Positions 1-12,276 of a stretch of DNA of 64,000 nucleotides are shown piece after piece (positions within the stretch are counted from its first letter, which is position 1; the number at the start of each line of letters is the position of its first letter). The stretch comes from Caecitellus pseudoparvulus. Its lineage: Eukaryota > Protista > Bigyra: Bicosoecida. A program made the translations under genes and the position numbers. The stretch spans positions 1 through 64,000 of the forward strand of contig CBFFRQ010000030.1 in assembly GCA_965644315.1 (NCBI GenBank), read 5' to 3'. Below the pieces are notes generated by a model. That model saw only the letters and a list, made by a program, of their open reading frames with translations, was not told the DNA's origin and made no database searches.

Positions 1-3000
1 TAACCCTAACCCTAACCCTAACCCTAACCCTAACCCTAACCCTAACCCTAACCCTAACCCTAACCCTAACCCTAACCCTAACCCTAACCCTAACCCTAAC
101 CCTAACCCTAACCCTAACCCTAACCCTAACCCTAACCCTAACCCTAACCCTAACCCTAACCCTAACCCTAACCCTAACCCTAACCCTAACCCTAACCCTA
201 ACCCTAACCCTAACCCTAACCCTAACCCTAACCCTAACCCTAACCCTAACCCTAACCCTAACCCTAACCCTAACCCTAACCCTAACCCTAACCCTAACCC
301 TAACCCTAACCCTAACCCTAACCCTAACCCTAACCCTAACCCTAACCCTAACCCTAACCCTAACCCTAACCCTAACCCTAACCCTAACCCTAACCCTAAC
401 CCTAACCCTAACCCTAACCCTAACCCTAACCCTAACCCTAACCCTAACCCTAACCCTAACCCTAACCCTAACCCTAACCCTAACCCTAACCCTAACCCTA
501 ACCCTAACCCTAACCCTAACCCTAACCCTAACCCTAACCCTAACCCTAACCCTAACCCTAACCCTAACCCTAACCCTAACCCTAACCCTAACCCTAACCC
601 TAACCCTAACCCTAACCCTAACCCTAACCCTAACCCTAACCCTAACCCTAACCCTAACCCTAACCCTAACCCTAACCCTAACCCTAACCCTAACCCTAAC
701 CCTAACCCTAACCCTAACCCTAACCCTAACCCTAACCCTAACCCTAACCCTAACCCTAACCCTAACCCTAACCCTAACCCTAACCCTAACCCTAACCCTA
801 ACCCTAACCCTAACCCTAACCCTAACCCTAACCCTAACCCTAACCCTAACCCTAACCCTAACCCTAACCCTAACCCTAACCCTAACCCTAACCCTAACCC
901 TAACCCTAACCCTAACCCTAACCCTAACCCTAACCCTAACCCTAACCCTAACCCTAACCCTAACCCTAACCCTAACCCTAACCCTAACCCTAACCCTAAC
1001 CCTAACCCTAACCCTAACCCTAACCCTAACCCTAACCCTAACCCTAACCCTAACCCTAACCCTAACCCTAACCCTAACCCTAACCCTAACCCTAACCCTA
1101 ACCCTAACCCTAACCCTAACCCTAACCCTAACCCTAACCCTAACCCTAACCCTAACCCTAACCCTAACCCTAACCCTAACCCTAACCCTAACCCTAACCC
1201 TAACCCTAACCCTAACCCTAACCCTAACCCTAACCCTAACCCTAACCCTAACCCTAACCCTAACCCTAACCCTAACCCTAACCCTAACCCTAACCCTAAC
1301 CCTAACCCTAACCCTAACCCTAACCCTAACCCTAACCCTAACCCTAACCCTAACCCTAACCCTAACCCTAACCCTAACCCTAACCCTAACCCTAACCCTA
1401 ACCCTAACCCTAACCCTAACCCTAACCCTAACCCTAACCCTAACCCTAACCCTAACCCTAACCCTAACCCTAACCCTAACCCTAACCCTAACCCTAACCC
1501 TAACCCTAACCCTAACCCTAACCCTAACCCTAACCCTAACCCTAACCCTAACCCTAACCCTAACCCTAACCCTAACCCTAACCCTAACCCTAACCCTAAC
1601 CCTAACCCTAACCCTAACCCTAACCCTAACCCTAACCCTAACCCTAACCCTAACCCTAACCCTAACCCTAACCCTAACCCTAACCCTAACCCTAACCCTA
1701 ACCCTAACCCTAACCCTAACCCTAACCCTAACCCTAACCCTAACCCTAACCCTAACCCTAACCCTAACCCTAACCCTAACCCTAACCCTAACCCTAACCC
1801 TAACCCTAACCCTAACCCTAACCCTAACCCTAACCCTAACCCTAACCCTAACCCTAACCCTAACCCTAACCCTAACCCTAACCCTAACCCTAACCCTAAC
1901 CCTAACCCTAACCCTAACCCTAACCCTAACCCTAACCCTAACCCTAACCCTAACCCTAACCCTAACCCTAACCCTAACCCTAACCCTAACCCTAACCCTA
2001 ACCCTAACCCTAACCCTAACCCTAACCCTAACCCTAACCCTAACCCTAACCCTAACCCTAACCCTAACCCTAACCCTAACCCTAACCCTAACCCTAACCC
2101 TAACCCTAACCCTAACCCTAACCCTAACCCTAACCCTAACCCTAACCCTAACCCTAACCCTAACCCTAACCCTAACCCTAACCCTAACCCTAACCCTAAC
2201 CCTAACCCTAACCCTAACCCTAACCCTAACCCTAACCCTAACCCTAACCCTAACCCTAACCCTAACCCTAACCCTAACCCTAACCCTAACCCTAACCCTA
2301 ACCCTAACCCTAACCCTAACCCTAACCCTAACCCTAACCCTAACCCTAACCCTAACCCTAACCCTAACCCTAACCCTAACCCTAACCCTAACCCTAACCC
2401 TAACCCTAACCCTAACCCTAACCCTAACCCTAACCCTAACCCTAACCCTAACCCTAACCCTAACCCTAACCCTAACCCTAACCCTAACCCTAACCCTAAC
2501 CCTAACCCTAACCCTAACCCTAACCCTAACCCTAACCCTAACCCTAACCCTAACCCTAACCCTAACCCTAACCCTAACCCTAACCCTAACCCTAACCCTA
2601 ACCCTAACCCTAACCCTAACCCTAACCCTAACCCTAACCCTAACCCTAACCCTAACCCTAACCCTAACCCTAACCCTAACCCTAACCCTAACCCTAACCC
2701 TAACCCTAACCCTAACCCTAACCCTAACCCTAACCCTAACCCTAACCCTAACCCTAACCCTAACCCTAACCCTAACCCTAACCCTAACCCTAACCCTAAC
2801 CCTAACCCTAACCCTAACCCTAACCCTAACCCTAACCCTAACCCTAACCCTAACCCTAACCCTAACCCTAACCCTAACCCTAACCCTAACCCTAACCCTA
2901 ACCCTAACCCTAACCCTAACCCTAACCCTAACCCTAACCCTAACCCTAACCCTAACCCTAACCCTAACCCTAACCCTAACCCTAACCCTAACCCTAACCC

Positions 3001-5356
3001 TAACCCTAACCCTAACCCTAACCCTAACCCTAACCCTAACCCTAACCCTAACCCTAACCCTAACCCTAACCCTAACCCTAACCCTAACCCTAACCCTAAC
3101 CCTAACCCTAACCCTAACCCTAACCCTAACCCTAACCCTAACCCTAACCCTAACCCTAACCCTAACCCTAACCCTAACCCTAACCCTAACCCTAACCCTA
3201 ACCCTAACCCTAACCCTAACCCTAACCCTAACCCTAACCCTAACCCTAACCCTAACCCTAACCCTAACCCTAACCCTAACCCTAACCCTAACCCTAACCC
3301 TAACCCTAACCCTAACCCTAACCCTAACCCTAACCCTAACCCTAACCCTAACCCTAACCCTAACCCTAACCCTAACCCTAACCCTAACCCTAACCCTAAC
3401 CCTAACCCTAACCCTAACCCTAACCCTAACCCTAACCCTAACCCTAACCCTAACCCTAACCCTAACCCTAACCCTAACCCTAACCCTAACCCTAACCCTA
3501 ACCCTAACCCTAACCCTAACCCTAACCCTAACCCTAACCCTAACCCTAACCCTAACCCTAACCCTAACCCTAACCCTAACCCTAACCCTAACCCTAACCC
3601 TAACCCTAACCCTAACCCTAACCCTAACCCTAACCCTAACCCTAACCCTAACCCTAACCCTAACCCTAACCCTAACCCTAACCCTAACCCTAACCCTAAC
3701 CCTAACCCTAACCCTAACCCTAACCCTAACCCTAACCCTAACCCTAACCCTAACCCTAACCCTAACCCTAACCCTAACCCTAACCCTAACCCTAACCCTA
3801 ACCCTAACCCTAACCCTAACCCTAACCCTAACCCTAACCCTAACCCTAACCCTAACCCTAACCCTAACCCTAACCCTAACCCTAACCCTAACCCTAACCC
3901 TAACCCTAACCCTAACCCTAACCCTAACCCTAACCCTAACCCTAACCCTAACCCTAACCCTAACCCTAACCCTAACCCTAACCCTAACCCTAACCCTAAC
4001 CCTAACCCTAACCCTAACCCTAACCCTAACCCTAACCCTAACCCTAACCCTAACCCTAACCCTAACCCTAACCCTAACCCTAACCCTAACCCTAACCCTA
4101 ACCCTAACCCTAACCCTAACCCTAACCCTAACCCTAACCCTAACCCTAACCCTAACCCTAACCCTAACCCTAACCCTAACCCTAACCCTAACCCTAACCC
4201 TAACCCTAACCCTAACCCTAACCCTAACCCTAACCCTAACCCTAACCCTAACCCTAACCCTAACCCTAACCCTAACCCTAACCCTAACCCTAACCCTAAC
4301 CCTAACCCTAACCCTAACCCTAACCCTAACCCTAACCCTAACCCTAACCCTAACCCTAACCCTAACCCTAACCCTAACCCTAACCCTAACCCTAACCCTA
4401 ACCCTAACCCTAACCCTAACCCTAACCCTAACCCTAACCCTAACCCTAACCCTAACCCTAACCCTAACCCTAACCCTAACCCTAACCCTAACCCTAACCC
4501 TAACCCTAACCCTAACCCTAACCCTAACCCTAACCCTAACCCTAACCCTAACCCTAACCCTAACCCTAACCCTAACCCTAACCCTAACCCTAACCCTAAC
4601 CCTAACCCTAACCCTAACCCTAACCCTAACCCTAACCCTAACCCTAACCCTAACCCTAACCCTAACCCTAACCCTAACCCTAACCCTAACCCTAACCCTA
4701 ACCCTAACCCTAACCCTAACCCTAACCCTAACCCTAACCCTAACCCTAACCCTAACCCTAACCCTAACCCTAACCCTAACCCTAACCCTAACCCTAACCC
4801 TAACCCTAACCCTAACCCTAACCCTAACCCTAACCCTAACCCTAACCCTAACCCTAACCCTAACCCTAACCCTAACCCTAACCCTAACCCTAACCCTAAC
4901 CCTAACCCTAACCCTAACCCTAACCCTAACCCTAACCCTAACCCTAACCCTAACCCTAACCCTAACCCTAACCCTAACCCTAACCCTAACCCTAACCCTA
5001 ACCCTAACCCTAACCCTAACCCTAACCCTAACCCTAACCCTAACCCTAACCCTAACCCTAACCCTAACCCTAACCCTAACCCTAACCCTAACCCTAACCC
5101 TAACCCTAACCCTAACCCTAACCCTAACCCTAACCCTAACCCTAACCCTAACCCTAACCCTAACCCTAACCCTAACCCTAACCCTAACCCTAACCCTAAC
5201 CCTAACCCTAACCCTAACCCTAACCCTAACCCTAACCCTAACCCTAACCCTAACCCTAACCCTAACCCTAACCCTAACCCTAACCCTAACCCTAACCCTA
5301 ACCCTAACCCTAACCCTAACCCTAACCCTAACCCTAACCCTAACCCTAACCCTAAC
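1..5356 (+). repeat. Telomeric repeat array (CCCTAA)n / (TTAGGG)n; left chromosome end, at least 5.35 kb
   Basis: Uninterrupted TAACCC hexamer from position 1 to 5356, with the C-rich strand on +, as expected at a left chromosome end. Confidence 0.99.
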
Positions 5357-8278
5357 TTTCCAAATGTCAAGCTAATCACAAGTTGTGAAGTGCTAACATT
5401 GCCTAATCCAGGCGCTCGTGCACCCAAGTGTGGTGTTGCACAGTGCTTGCTGGTTGGGTGGTGCGCACCGGGGCGGGGTAGTGCGAATTCCGCACACCAT
5501 CGCACCGTGGCTCCCAGTTTGCGCCCTCGGTCGGGGCATGCACCTGGGATCGACATCAAAAGCATCATTGACAAGCATCATGAACGCCCAAGTGGATCAA
5601 GTCCTGGGGGTCCTCTTCGTGGAGGGGTGCCTGAAGCGCAAGCAAGTGCTCGGCCCCAGAACAGGTGTCTTCACTGACATGCCACGTCGGGGTGCCGCAC
5701 GCACCTTCGAGCTTGGAGGACCCCTGCCCAAGACTGATCATGATAGTTCATCTTCGGCACGGGACATGTGGCTCGAGGTCTATGGGGAAGCCGCCGAACG
5801 GCTGATCCCAGGGCTGAGTGCGGAATTCGGCAACGCCAATGCGGCCCTGCGCCAGGGACCCACCGGATCGCCAACCATCCTCGTCACGCTCGGAAGTGAG
5901 GGTGATTCACCAACAGTGGCACGTCAACTTCGCATTCTTGCTGCTCAAGAGGACGACTTCGCCATTCGAGTCGGCCAAGGTGGGTTCGTCGCCGTGGCCT
6001 ACACCAACACCAAGCAGTTCGCATCGGCGAAGGCGAAAGTGAAGGTGAAGGCCCACCCCACCGCCATCCAAGTGGCCCACCAAGTGACCAAGGAAGCAAC
6101 CGAAATCGCCTGCCAGTCAGGTGATGTTGCCAAGGTCATGTGCCTCGTTAGGTCCCACTTCGACCATGGCCCCGTGCCAGCCCAAGCCGTCCGTCCCAGT
6201 GTCAGACAATCCGTCCCCTCCGAGGGTGATGCACCTGTCGACACCAAGACACCATCGACCTGGACTGACACTCAGCTCGACAAGGCACCGAAGAAGAAGA
6301 AGACCCGTCGAGGCAAGCGAGGAAAGGGCAAGTCAGCCGGACGATCCCTCACCTTCGAGGACGTCTTCATCAAGAACGTCCGGCCACCTGCACCTCGACC
6401 AACCTCACCACCTGCCACCCAAGGCTCACCCAAAGATACCGTCACCACCCCTGTGGTGCATGCCATGTTGCCTTCATCAAGGGTGCAGCGGGGCGTCGAC
6501 CGCAAGTGGCCGTCCCCCACCCCGTCGGGCGAGGCAAGCCCCGAGGTGCACCGGTATCGGCCGTCTGCAGCAGCAGCATGGGAGGTGATCACAAGGGTGG
6601 TGCCTCTTCATGACAGTGTGCGGACACCCGAGCACCTGGCCGAGTACCCCATCAAGCCTGGCCCTCTGGCCGACCTGCTGTCATCGACCCACGTGTACTC
6701 TAACGTGGGGGGCGGGCCTGTGTCCAGGCCTGTCTCGAGACGGCAGCAGGGGAGAGGGTCTTCGAGGCTGGGGACCTCCTCCTACTCCAGCATGCAGCCA
6801 CCATCAACGCTGCCCAGCTTGCCTTCAAGCACATGGTCAGGCAGCTGGAGGGGGTGGTCAGTGACTCGTCCAGCTCGGACATCATGGACGTCGGCCAGAA
6901 GCCACCCTCCCCCTTCCGCTCAGACGGGCAACGGGTGGCCGTCTTCCGCAACATGCTGCACCAGCACTCGCCGGATGACACCTTCCTGGCCCCAGGTACA
7001 CCACCAGTCCTGCTTCCCGGCCTGCACCTGCTCATCGACCGCATCAACCAAGGGTACCGTGCCCCAGCCGGGCATGATGACCTTGGCCAGGCCGGCGTCG
7101 ACCCCAGCCAGGTTGATGAAGAGGGTGACCAAGAGGGGCACCTCGACGGAGTGCTGTATGCCTTCGCACTTCGAGAGGTGTGGACCGACAACACGGCCCA
7201 TCTGCAGCTCATCCTCGTCGACCATGATCGAGGCAAGCTGGTGCTGTGGAACCCCGACATCCCTGACCTCCATGACGAGCTGCCCCTGCACAAGTGCATG
7301 ACCCGGCTGGCAGCCGAAGGCATCAACGTCTTGTACCGGATCTGGACCACACCCGAGGCGGGCAGTCCAGCACCCTTCCGGGACAGGCTTCGAGGGGCAC
7401 TCCAGTCTCTCCGAGATGACTTCCCCCCCCTGCCTCACAAGGCCACCGACGGCACCGTGCACCCCCAGACCCTCATCGCTGGCAAGGGCACAAGGGTGGC
7501 CATGCCTCATGGGCGGATGACCCGACAGCAGGCCGCCACCCTGGAGGCTGAGGTCAAGGACCCCCTCAAGCGGCTGGTGCCTGAAGACGGCGAGGGTCGC
7601 CTGCCCAAGGTCAAGGATGTGCCCCACATCTCGATCGGGCAGATGGGTGGACGCCTGATGTAAGTCACCTGTGGGGGCATACTCCCTGTGCCACACATGA
7701 CTGAAGCTTTGTGTCGCGACCGACGCACATAGCTGACATCGGACATTGGAAAGTCCAACCCAACCTCACCATCACCAACCCAACATCGATACCAACACAT
7801 CAGGACTCGGCTCAGTGGAAGGGGAAGGCACTTGCAGCAAGATCTGTGAGGCCGCCCCCAAACCTGAGCCGAAGGGACAGCCGGGCTGGGTCGTGTGCTT
7901 GCATCTCAGCAACACCCAGTCCGTGTCGAGTCCATATCCTCCAGCCCACACCGCCACCCAAGCCAAGCAAGTCGGGTCTCCACCCCTGGACATCGGACCG
8001 AGACGGACGAGACTGGACTGGACGGACAAGACAAGAGTGGACCGAGACCTGGACCTACACCTCAAGACCATCCCACCGGGGCGGGCGCTGAAGCGCCAAG
8101 ACAGACGGCGACTTATACAACGGACACGAGTCTGTGCTAGTCGCAAAGCCGTGCAAGCGGTGCCGTCGTGGTGTCTGTGTCACTGCATTCTGTTGTGGCG
8201 CAGGTGGCACCACATGTCCAAGCCCAAGCTGTACCATGATGTAGCCTGCATGGAGGCAATCTGCAATGCATTGAGTAG
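5357..8278 (+). mobile_element. Telomeric retroelement A: short non-autonomous, ORF1-only relative of element B
   Basis: The 5' UTR (TGCTAACATTGCCTAATCCAGGCGCTCGTGCACCCAAGTGTGGTGTTGCACAGTG) is identical to that of B. The ORF is homologous to the B N-terminal region but stops where APE would begin. The last ~200 nt are homologous to the B 3' end and finish CAATGCATTG-AGTAG-CTAACCCTAACCCTAA. Confidence 0.85.
5580..7663 (+). CDS. Element A ORF1-like protein with putative papain/Josephin-like Cys protease domain; one frameshift at the G-run 6707-6712
   Basis: MNAQVDQVLGVLFV...FTDMPRRGAARTFELGG aligns with B MEAKTSQVLGALFV...FTDMPRRGAARTFELGG. After the G-run the other frame reads RACVQACLETAAG...AHLQLILVDHDRGKLVLWNPD...GGRLM*, collinear with B. 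The frameshift may be a homopolymer sequencing error. Confidence 0.8.
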
Positions 8279-8294
8279 CTAACCCTAACCCTAA
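8279..8294 (+). repeat. Interstitial telomeric spacer CTAACCCTAACCCTAA between elements A and B1
   Basis: Read directly at the junction ...TTGAGTAG|CTAACCCTAACCCTAA|TGTCAACC... Confidence 0.95.
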
Positions 8295-8505
8295 TGTCAA
8301 CCTAATCATAGGTTGTGCATTGCTAACATTGCCTAATCCAGGCGCTCGTGCACCCAAGTGTGGTGTTGCACAGTGTTTGGGTTGGCAGTGCAGCGCGCGG
8401 GTGGCAGCTGTGCGAATTCCGCACGCCATCACACCAGCGCAAGCAGTGTGCACTCCCCGCGGGAGTCTGCACCTGTGGATACCTGCATCACGTTCCATCA
8501 TCACC

Positions 8506-11500
8506 ATGGAAGCCAAGACAAGTCAAGTACTGGGTGCGCTCTTCGTGGATAAGTGCATTGCTGCGCGAGCAATGCGTGGACCAAGAACGGGCGGATTTAC
8601 TGACATGCCGCGCCGAGGCGCTGCACGAACGTTTGAGCTTGGCGGAGTGCCCATCGACGAAGACCCTTCAACATCTTCATCAACAATCCGAGATTCCTGG
8701 CTTCAAGTCTTTGGTGAGGCGGCGGAGGCCCAGTTCCCTGGCATCTGTGCGGAAGTTGGGCGTGGTGCAGCGGCGTTGCGCCGCCCACAAGGAACCCCAG
8801 CTGCCCTGCTAGTCTCGCTTGGCGGAGGAAGTGCCAGCGCAGAGCTGGCACGGAGCATACGCGAAGCAGCAGCACGTGAGGACGACTTCACTGTGCGCCT
8901 TGGACGAGGTGGCTTCATGGCTGTGGTGTTTCCAGACACACGCCAGTTCGCCAACGCCAAGGCCAAGGTGCAGGTGACTGCCTCGGCCCCAGTGCTCAAG
9001 GCGGCCCACCTCCTGATGCCCCAAGCCACGAAGATTGCTGTTGAGACAGGTGACGTAAGCTCAGTCGTGAAGCTCGTCAAGTCCCATCTTCATGGCCACT
9101 CGCCGCCTGCTCGTCAAGACCGCCACTTCGTCCGACATTCCGTCCCCGTCAAGGGCGACGCCGCTGTCGACAAAGTGAACCGGCCTGCTCCACCCAAGCC
9201 TGCCCACACTGCTCATCATGTGCCAGGCAAGCGCAAGAAGGTACGCCGAGGACAGCGCTCGAAGTCTTCGAAGCCATCCAATGTCGTGCCAGGACGAACG
9301 TTCGCTGACCTCTTCAAGACTCCCCCGTCCGAGCCCTCAGCAAGCCGACGCCCCTTCCGTACAGTGATGCCTGCCCCCACCACTTCACCGCGACCCACGA
9401 CGGAGGTTGTCCTTCCATCCTCTCGGGTGCGCACTGGGGCTAGCACGCGATGGGACCAACCGCCAACTGCTGAGCAAGACTCAAAGCAACAACACCATGC
9501 CCAGTCAGCAGCCCAACCCGCTCAGGCACCCAGCACTGAAACGGCCAGGACTTTGTTTGTTGGTGCAGACAAGCCAAGTGTCAAGTCTGAACCGCAGGCA
9601 TGCGACACGTTGGACATGCCAGACTCATCACCACCCTCCCCAGGAATCGTTGAAGTCGTTCGGATGGAAGACTGCAGCAGGCTCCCAGCGGATCTCCCAA
9701 GACACAGAATCCCAACTGGGTCCCCGCTGGAACGCCTCCTTGCATCAAGCACAGTAGCTGGCAACCTTTCCGAGCGCCACTGTGTGCAAGCATGTCTGGA
9801 AACTGCAGCGGGTGCTCAGGTGCTGGAGCCCGAGGATCTTCTCCTCCTCCAACACGCAGCCACAGTGGAAGCAGCGCAACGCGCATTCAAAACCCTGCGC
9901 AAGCGAGAGGCTGCAGCCCTGTCTGACTCGTCCAGCTCGGATGTCCAGTGCCTGGCGCCGACTAGAGGCGTGGCCTCTTCGGATCCCGAGGACCAGCTAG
10001 CAGCATTGGCCCGACTGCTGTACCGGTTCACTCCGGATGACTCGCTGCTGCAGCCCACGTCTCCCCCAGTGCTTCTGCCAGGTCTCCACATGCTGCTGAA
10101 CCGTATCAATGTTGGGCATGAAGACCTGCATGGCGGGAACAAGCACCATGGCGGTGTGAGTCCACAAGCGGTTGTGGACGAGGACGAGCAAGAGCGGTAC
10201 TTCCATGGCGTCCACTTCGCCTTTGCTCTCCACCGGCCCCAACAAGTCCACGCTGCCCACCTGACTCTCATACTGGCTGACCATGACCGTGGAGTCCTTG
10301 TCCTATGGAACCCAGACACACCTGATGCATGCACTGAGCTGCCCATGCACAAGTGTATGCAGAGACTCTACGATGACGCAGTGGACATGGTGTACAGAGT
10401 GTCGGCAACCCCCCACACCGGGAACCCAGTCCCTCTTTGTGACAGGATCCGAGACATATTCCACAGTCTGCGCCAGTCCTTCCCTCCCCTTCCCTTTGTG
10501 GACCACGAGGGGGCTGTCCACCTCAAGACGTTCATCGCGGGGAAGTCTACCAGGGTCACCATTCAAGCAGGCCGGCTCACTCGAGCACAGGCCTCTGCAG
10601 CAAGTGAGGCAAAGGAGCGCGACCCTCTGTTCCAACTCATTCCATCAGACGAGGATGCCATGCCCCCGAGGTGGGAGCAGAGTCCGTACACACCAGTGGG
10701 AAAGTCCAGCAGCATCCCAGTGTCGCTCGTGTCATGGAATGTTGCTGGGTCGTGTGGCCGCAACCTGCACAAGGTTCTCATCTGCGCCCAGTCTGTGTGC
10801 CTCCGTTCATCCAGACTGGTCCTCTGCCTCACGGAACCTGGTGGCCACGGCACACTTGACTCGGAAGTCATGGGGCTCCAATGTTTCAGGCCCTCCCCCC
10901 CAGATCGTCCACCCGGTCGCAGTGAAGTTGCGCTTCTGGTCGACCGTCGTCTACGCGCCACGCAGATAGTCAACCTTGGACTCGATGGGCGCTGTGTGGT
11001 CGCCTGCTCCATCCCCATGAAGCCAAGGCCCCTTGCTGTTATCGCGGCCTACGTGCCCAACTGGCACACGGCCCAGCGGAAGAAGCCACTTGCAGACCCA
11101 GACACTAAGCTGCCCCACCGCCAAGAGGTCTGGGAGCAGCTGGCCAACGCTGTAAAAAGTCTGCGAACCACGCATATGATCTCCCTCATGGGGGACCTCA
11201 ACTGCCATCCTGGTGATGGCGGACTTCCTGCTTGGGACGCAACATGCTGGCAGAACCGGACCGATGTCGCTGACCCCATCCCAGATGTCAAGGAGCTCGC
11301 AATCGTGTGCGAGCATGGTAACCTCGAGCCAGCCGGGCTCGCCGGGTGCTCCACCCATGCCACGAACGGCAGAGCCCTGGACCACATCCTTGTCTGCCCA
11401 CTGCTCAAGGCCCAGGTCAAGGTGCCACACACAGTGACGACAACCTTCTCCAGTGCAGGCAAGCAGAATCCGGAGAAGTCGATCCTGAGTGACCACTACC

Positions 11501-12276
11501 TCCTGTCAGCAACAGTCCAAGTTGTGATCCCTCCACGGCCAAAGGGTGCCCGGCATGCCCACTCTTCCTTCTCTGTGCCGCCATGGTGGGCATCATCTAC
11601 ACGTGAAGGGCGCAGGGCACAGACCTTGCACAGGCGGCTGCTTGACTCATCCATCACTGGTGCCGCATCCCCCCCACCCGGCCAAGCTGCAGACACCCTG
11701 CTGTCAGGCCTGGATGATTTGGTTGCCGACGCTGCCCGACAAGCCCATGCCAAGTGCAAAGTTGTGGCACCCCCGCTGCTTCAGGCCCTTGCCGACATTC
11801 GCACCCTCAGCTCTGTCAAGAAGCGGATGACAGTGAGGACAGGGCGGATCAAGAAGCAACTCCGCAAGCTTCATCGACGCCGGCACCTTCTTCAGCATAG
11901 CCAGTCACCCCATGCCCCAGCTGACCTACGTTGTGCGGATGAACGAAAGCACATGCTCATGGAGGACCTTGCTGCCACCCATGTTGAAAGGAAGAAGGCG
12001 ATGCGCAAGTGTACTCGGCTGGTTGCCAAGAAACACAAGGCCGCCATGTTCCAAGTCCAGCAGCGCATCCGGGACCTTGCCCGGCTTGACCCCTTCACTG
12101 CTCACCTGCATGTGCGGAAGCTGTCCGGCAGAAGGAGGAAGGGCACTTCGTCGTCCATCCAGTCAGTCATGGACGACAGCGGCACCCTCATCACAGACCC
12201 ATCACAAGTGCGGGCTGTGGTCAGGGACCAGATGGCCCAGATCATCAGCCCCCTCCACGGCAAGTCGTGTCCCTGA
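8506..12276 (+). CDS. Element B1 N-terminal ORF: ORF1-like region, putative cysteine protease, APE endonuclease and linker
   Basis: APE motifs SWNVAG, LCLTEP, AAYVP, MGDLN, LDHILV and SDHYLL are all intact. There is a basic KRKKVRRGQR patch and a LINE-type linker (IQSVMDDSGTLITDP). The first ATG conserved with element A is at 8506. Confidence 0.9.
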   Translation: MEAKTSQVLGALFVDKCIAARAMRGPRTGGFTDMPRRGAARTFELGGVPIDEDPSTSSSTIRDSWLQVFGEAAEAQFPGICAEVGRGAAALRRPQGTPAALLVSLGGGSASAELARSIREAAAREDDFTVRLGRGGFMAVVFPDTRQFANAKAKVQVTASAPVLKAAHLLMPQATKIAVETGDVSSVVKLVKSHLHGHSPPARQDRHFVRHSVPVKGDAAVDKVNRPAPPKPAHTAHHVPGKRKKVRRGQRSKSSKPSNVVPGRTFADLFKTPPSEPSASRRPFRTVMPAPTTSPRPTTEVVLPSSRVRTGASTRWDQPPTAEQDSKQQHHAQSAAQPAQAPSTETARTLFVGADKPSVKSEPQACDTLDMPDSSPPSPGIVEVVRMEDCSRLPADLPRHRIPTGSPLERLLASSTVAGNLSERHCVQACLETAAGAQVLEPEDLLLLQHAATVEAAQRAFKTLRKREAAALSDSSSSDVQCLAPTRGVASSDPEDQLAALARLLYRFTPDDSLLQPTSPPVLLPGLHMLLNRINVGHEDLHGGNKHHGGVSPQAVVDEDEQERYFHGVHFAFALHRPQQVHAAHLTLILADHDRGVLVLWNPDTPDACTELPMHKCMQRLYDDAVDMVYRVSATPHTGNPVPLCDRIRDIFHSLRQSFPPLPFVDHEGAVHLKTFIAGKSTRVTIQAGRLTRAQASAASEAKERDPLFQLIPSDEDAMPPRWEQSPYTPVGKSSSIPVSLVSWNVAGSCGRNLHKVLICAQSVCLRSSRLVLCLTEPGGHGTLDSEVMGLQCFRPSPPDRPPGRSEVALLVDRRLRATQIVNLGLDGRCVVACSIPMKPRPLAVIAAYVPNWHTAQRKKPLADPDTKLPHRQEVWEQLANAVKSLRTTHMISLMGDLNCHPGDGGLPAWDATCWQNRTDVADPIPDVKELAIVCEHGNLEPAGLAGCSTHATNGRALDHILVCPLLKAQVKVPHTVTTTFSSAGKQNPEKSILSDHYLLSATVQVVIPPRPKGARHAHSSFSVPPWWASSTREGRRAQTLHRRLLDSSITGAASPPPGQAADTLLSGLDDLVADAARQAHAKCKVVAPPLLQALADIRTLSSVKKRMTVRTGRIKKQLRKLHRRRHLLQHSQSPHAPADLRCADERKHMLMEDLAATHVERKKAMRKCTRLVAKKHKAAMFQVQQRIRDLARLDPFTAHLHVRKLSGRRRKGTSSSIQSVMDDSGTLITDPSQVRAVVRDQMAQIISPLHGKSCP

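Noticed and set aside
5390-5579. Upstream non-ATG extensions of the element ORFs (5390/5418, 8320, 16076)
   Set aside because: A and B are conserved here at the nucleotide and hairpin level but in different frames. Protein homology starts at ATG 5580/8506, so this is 5' UTR.
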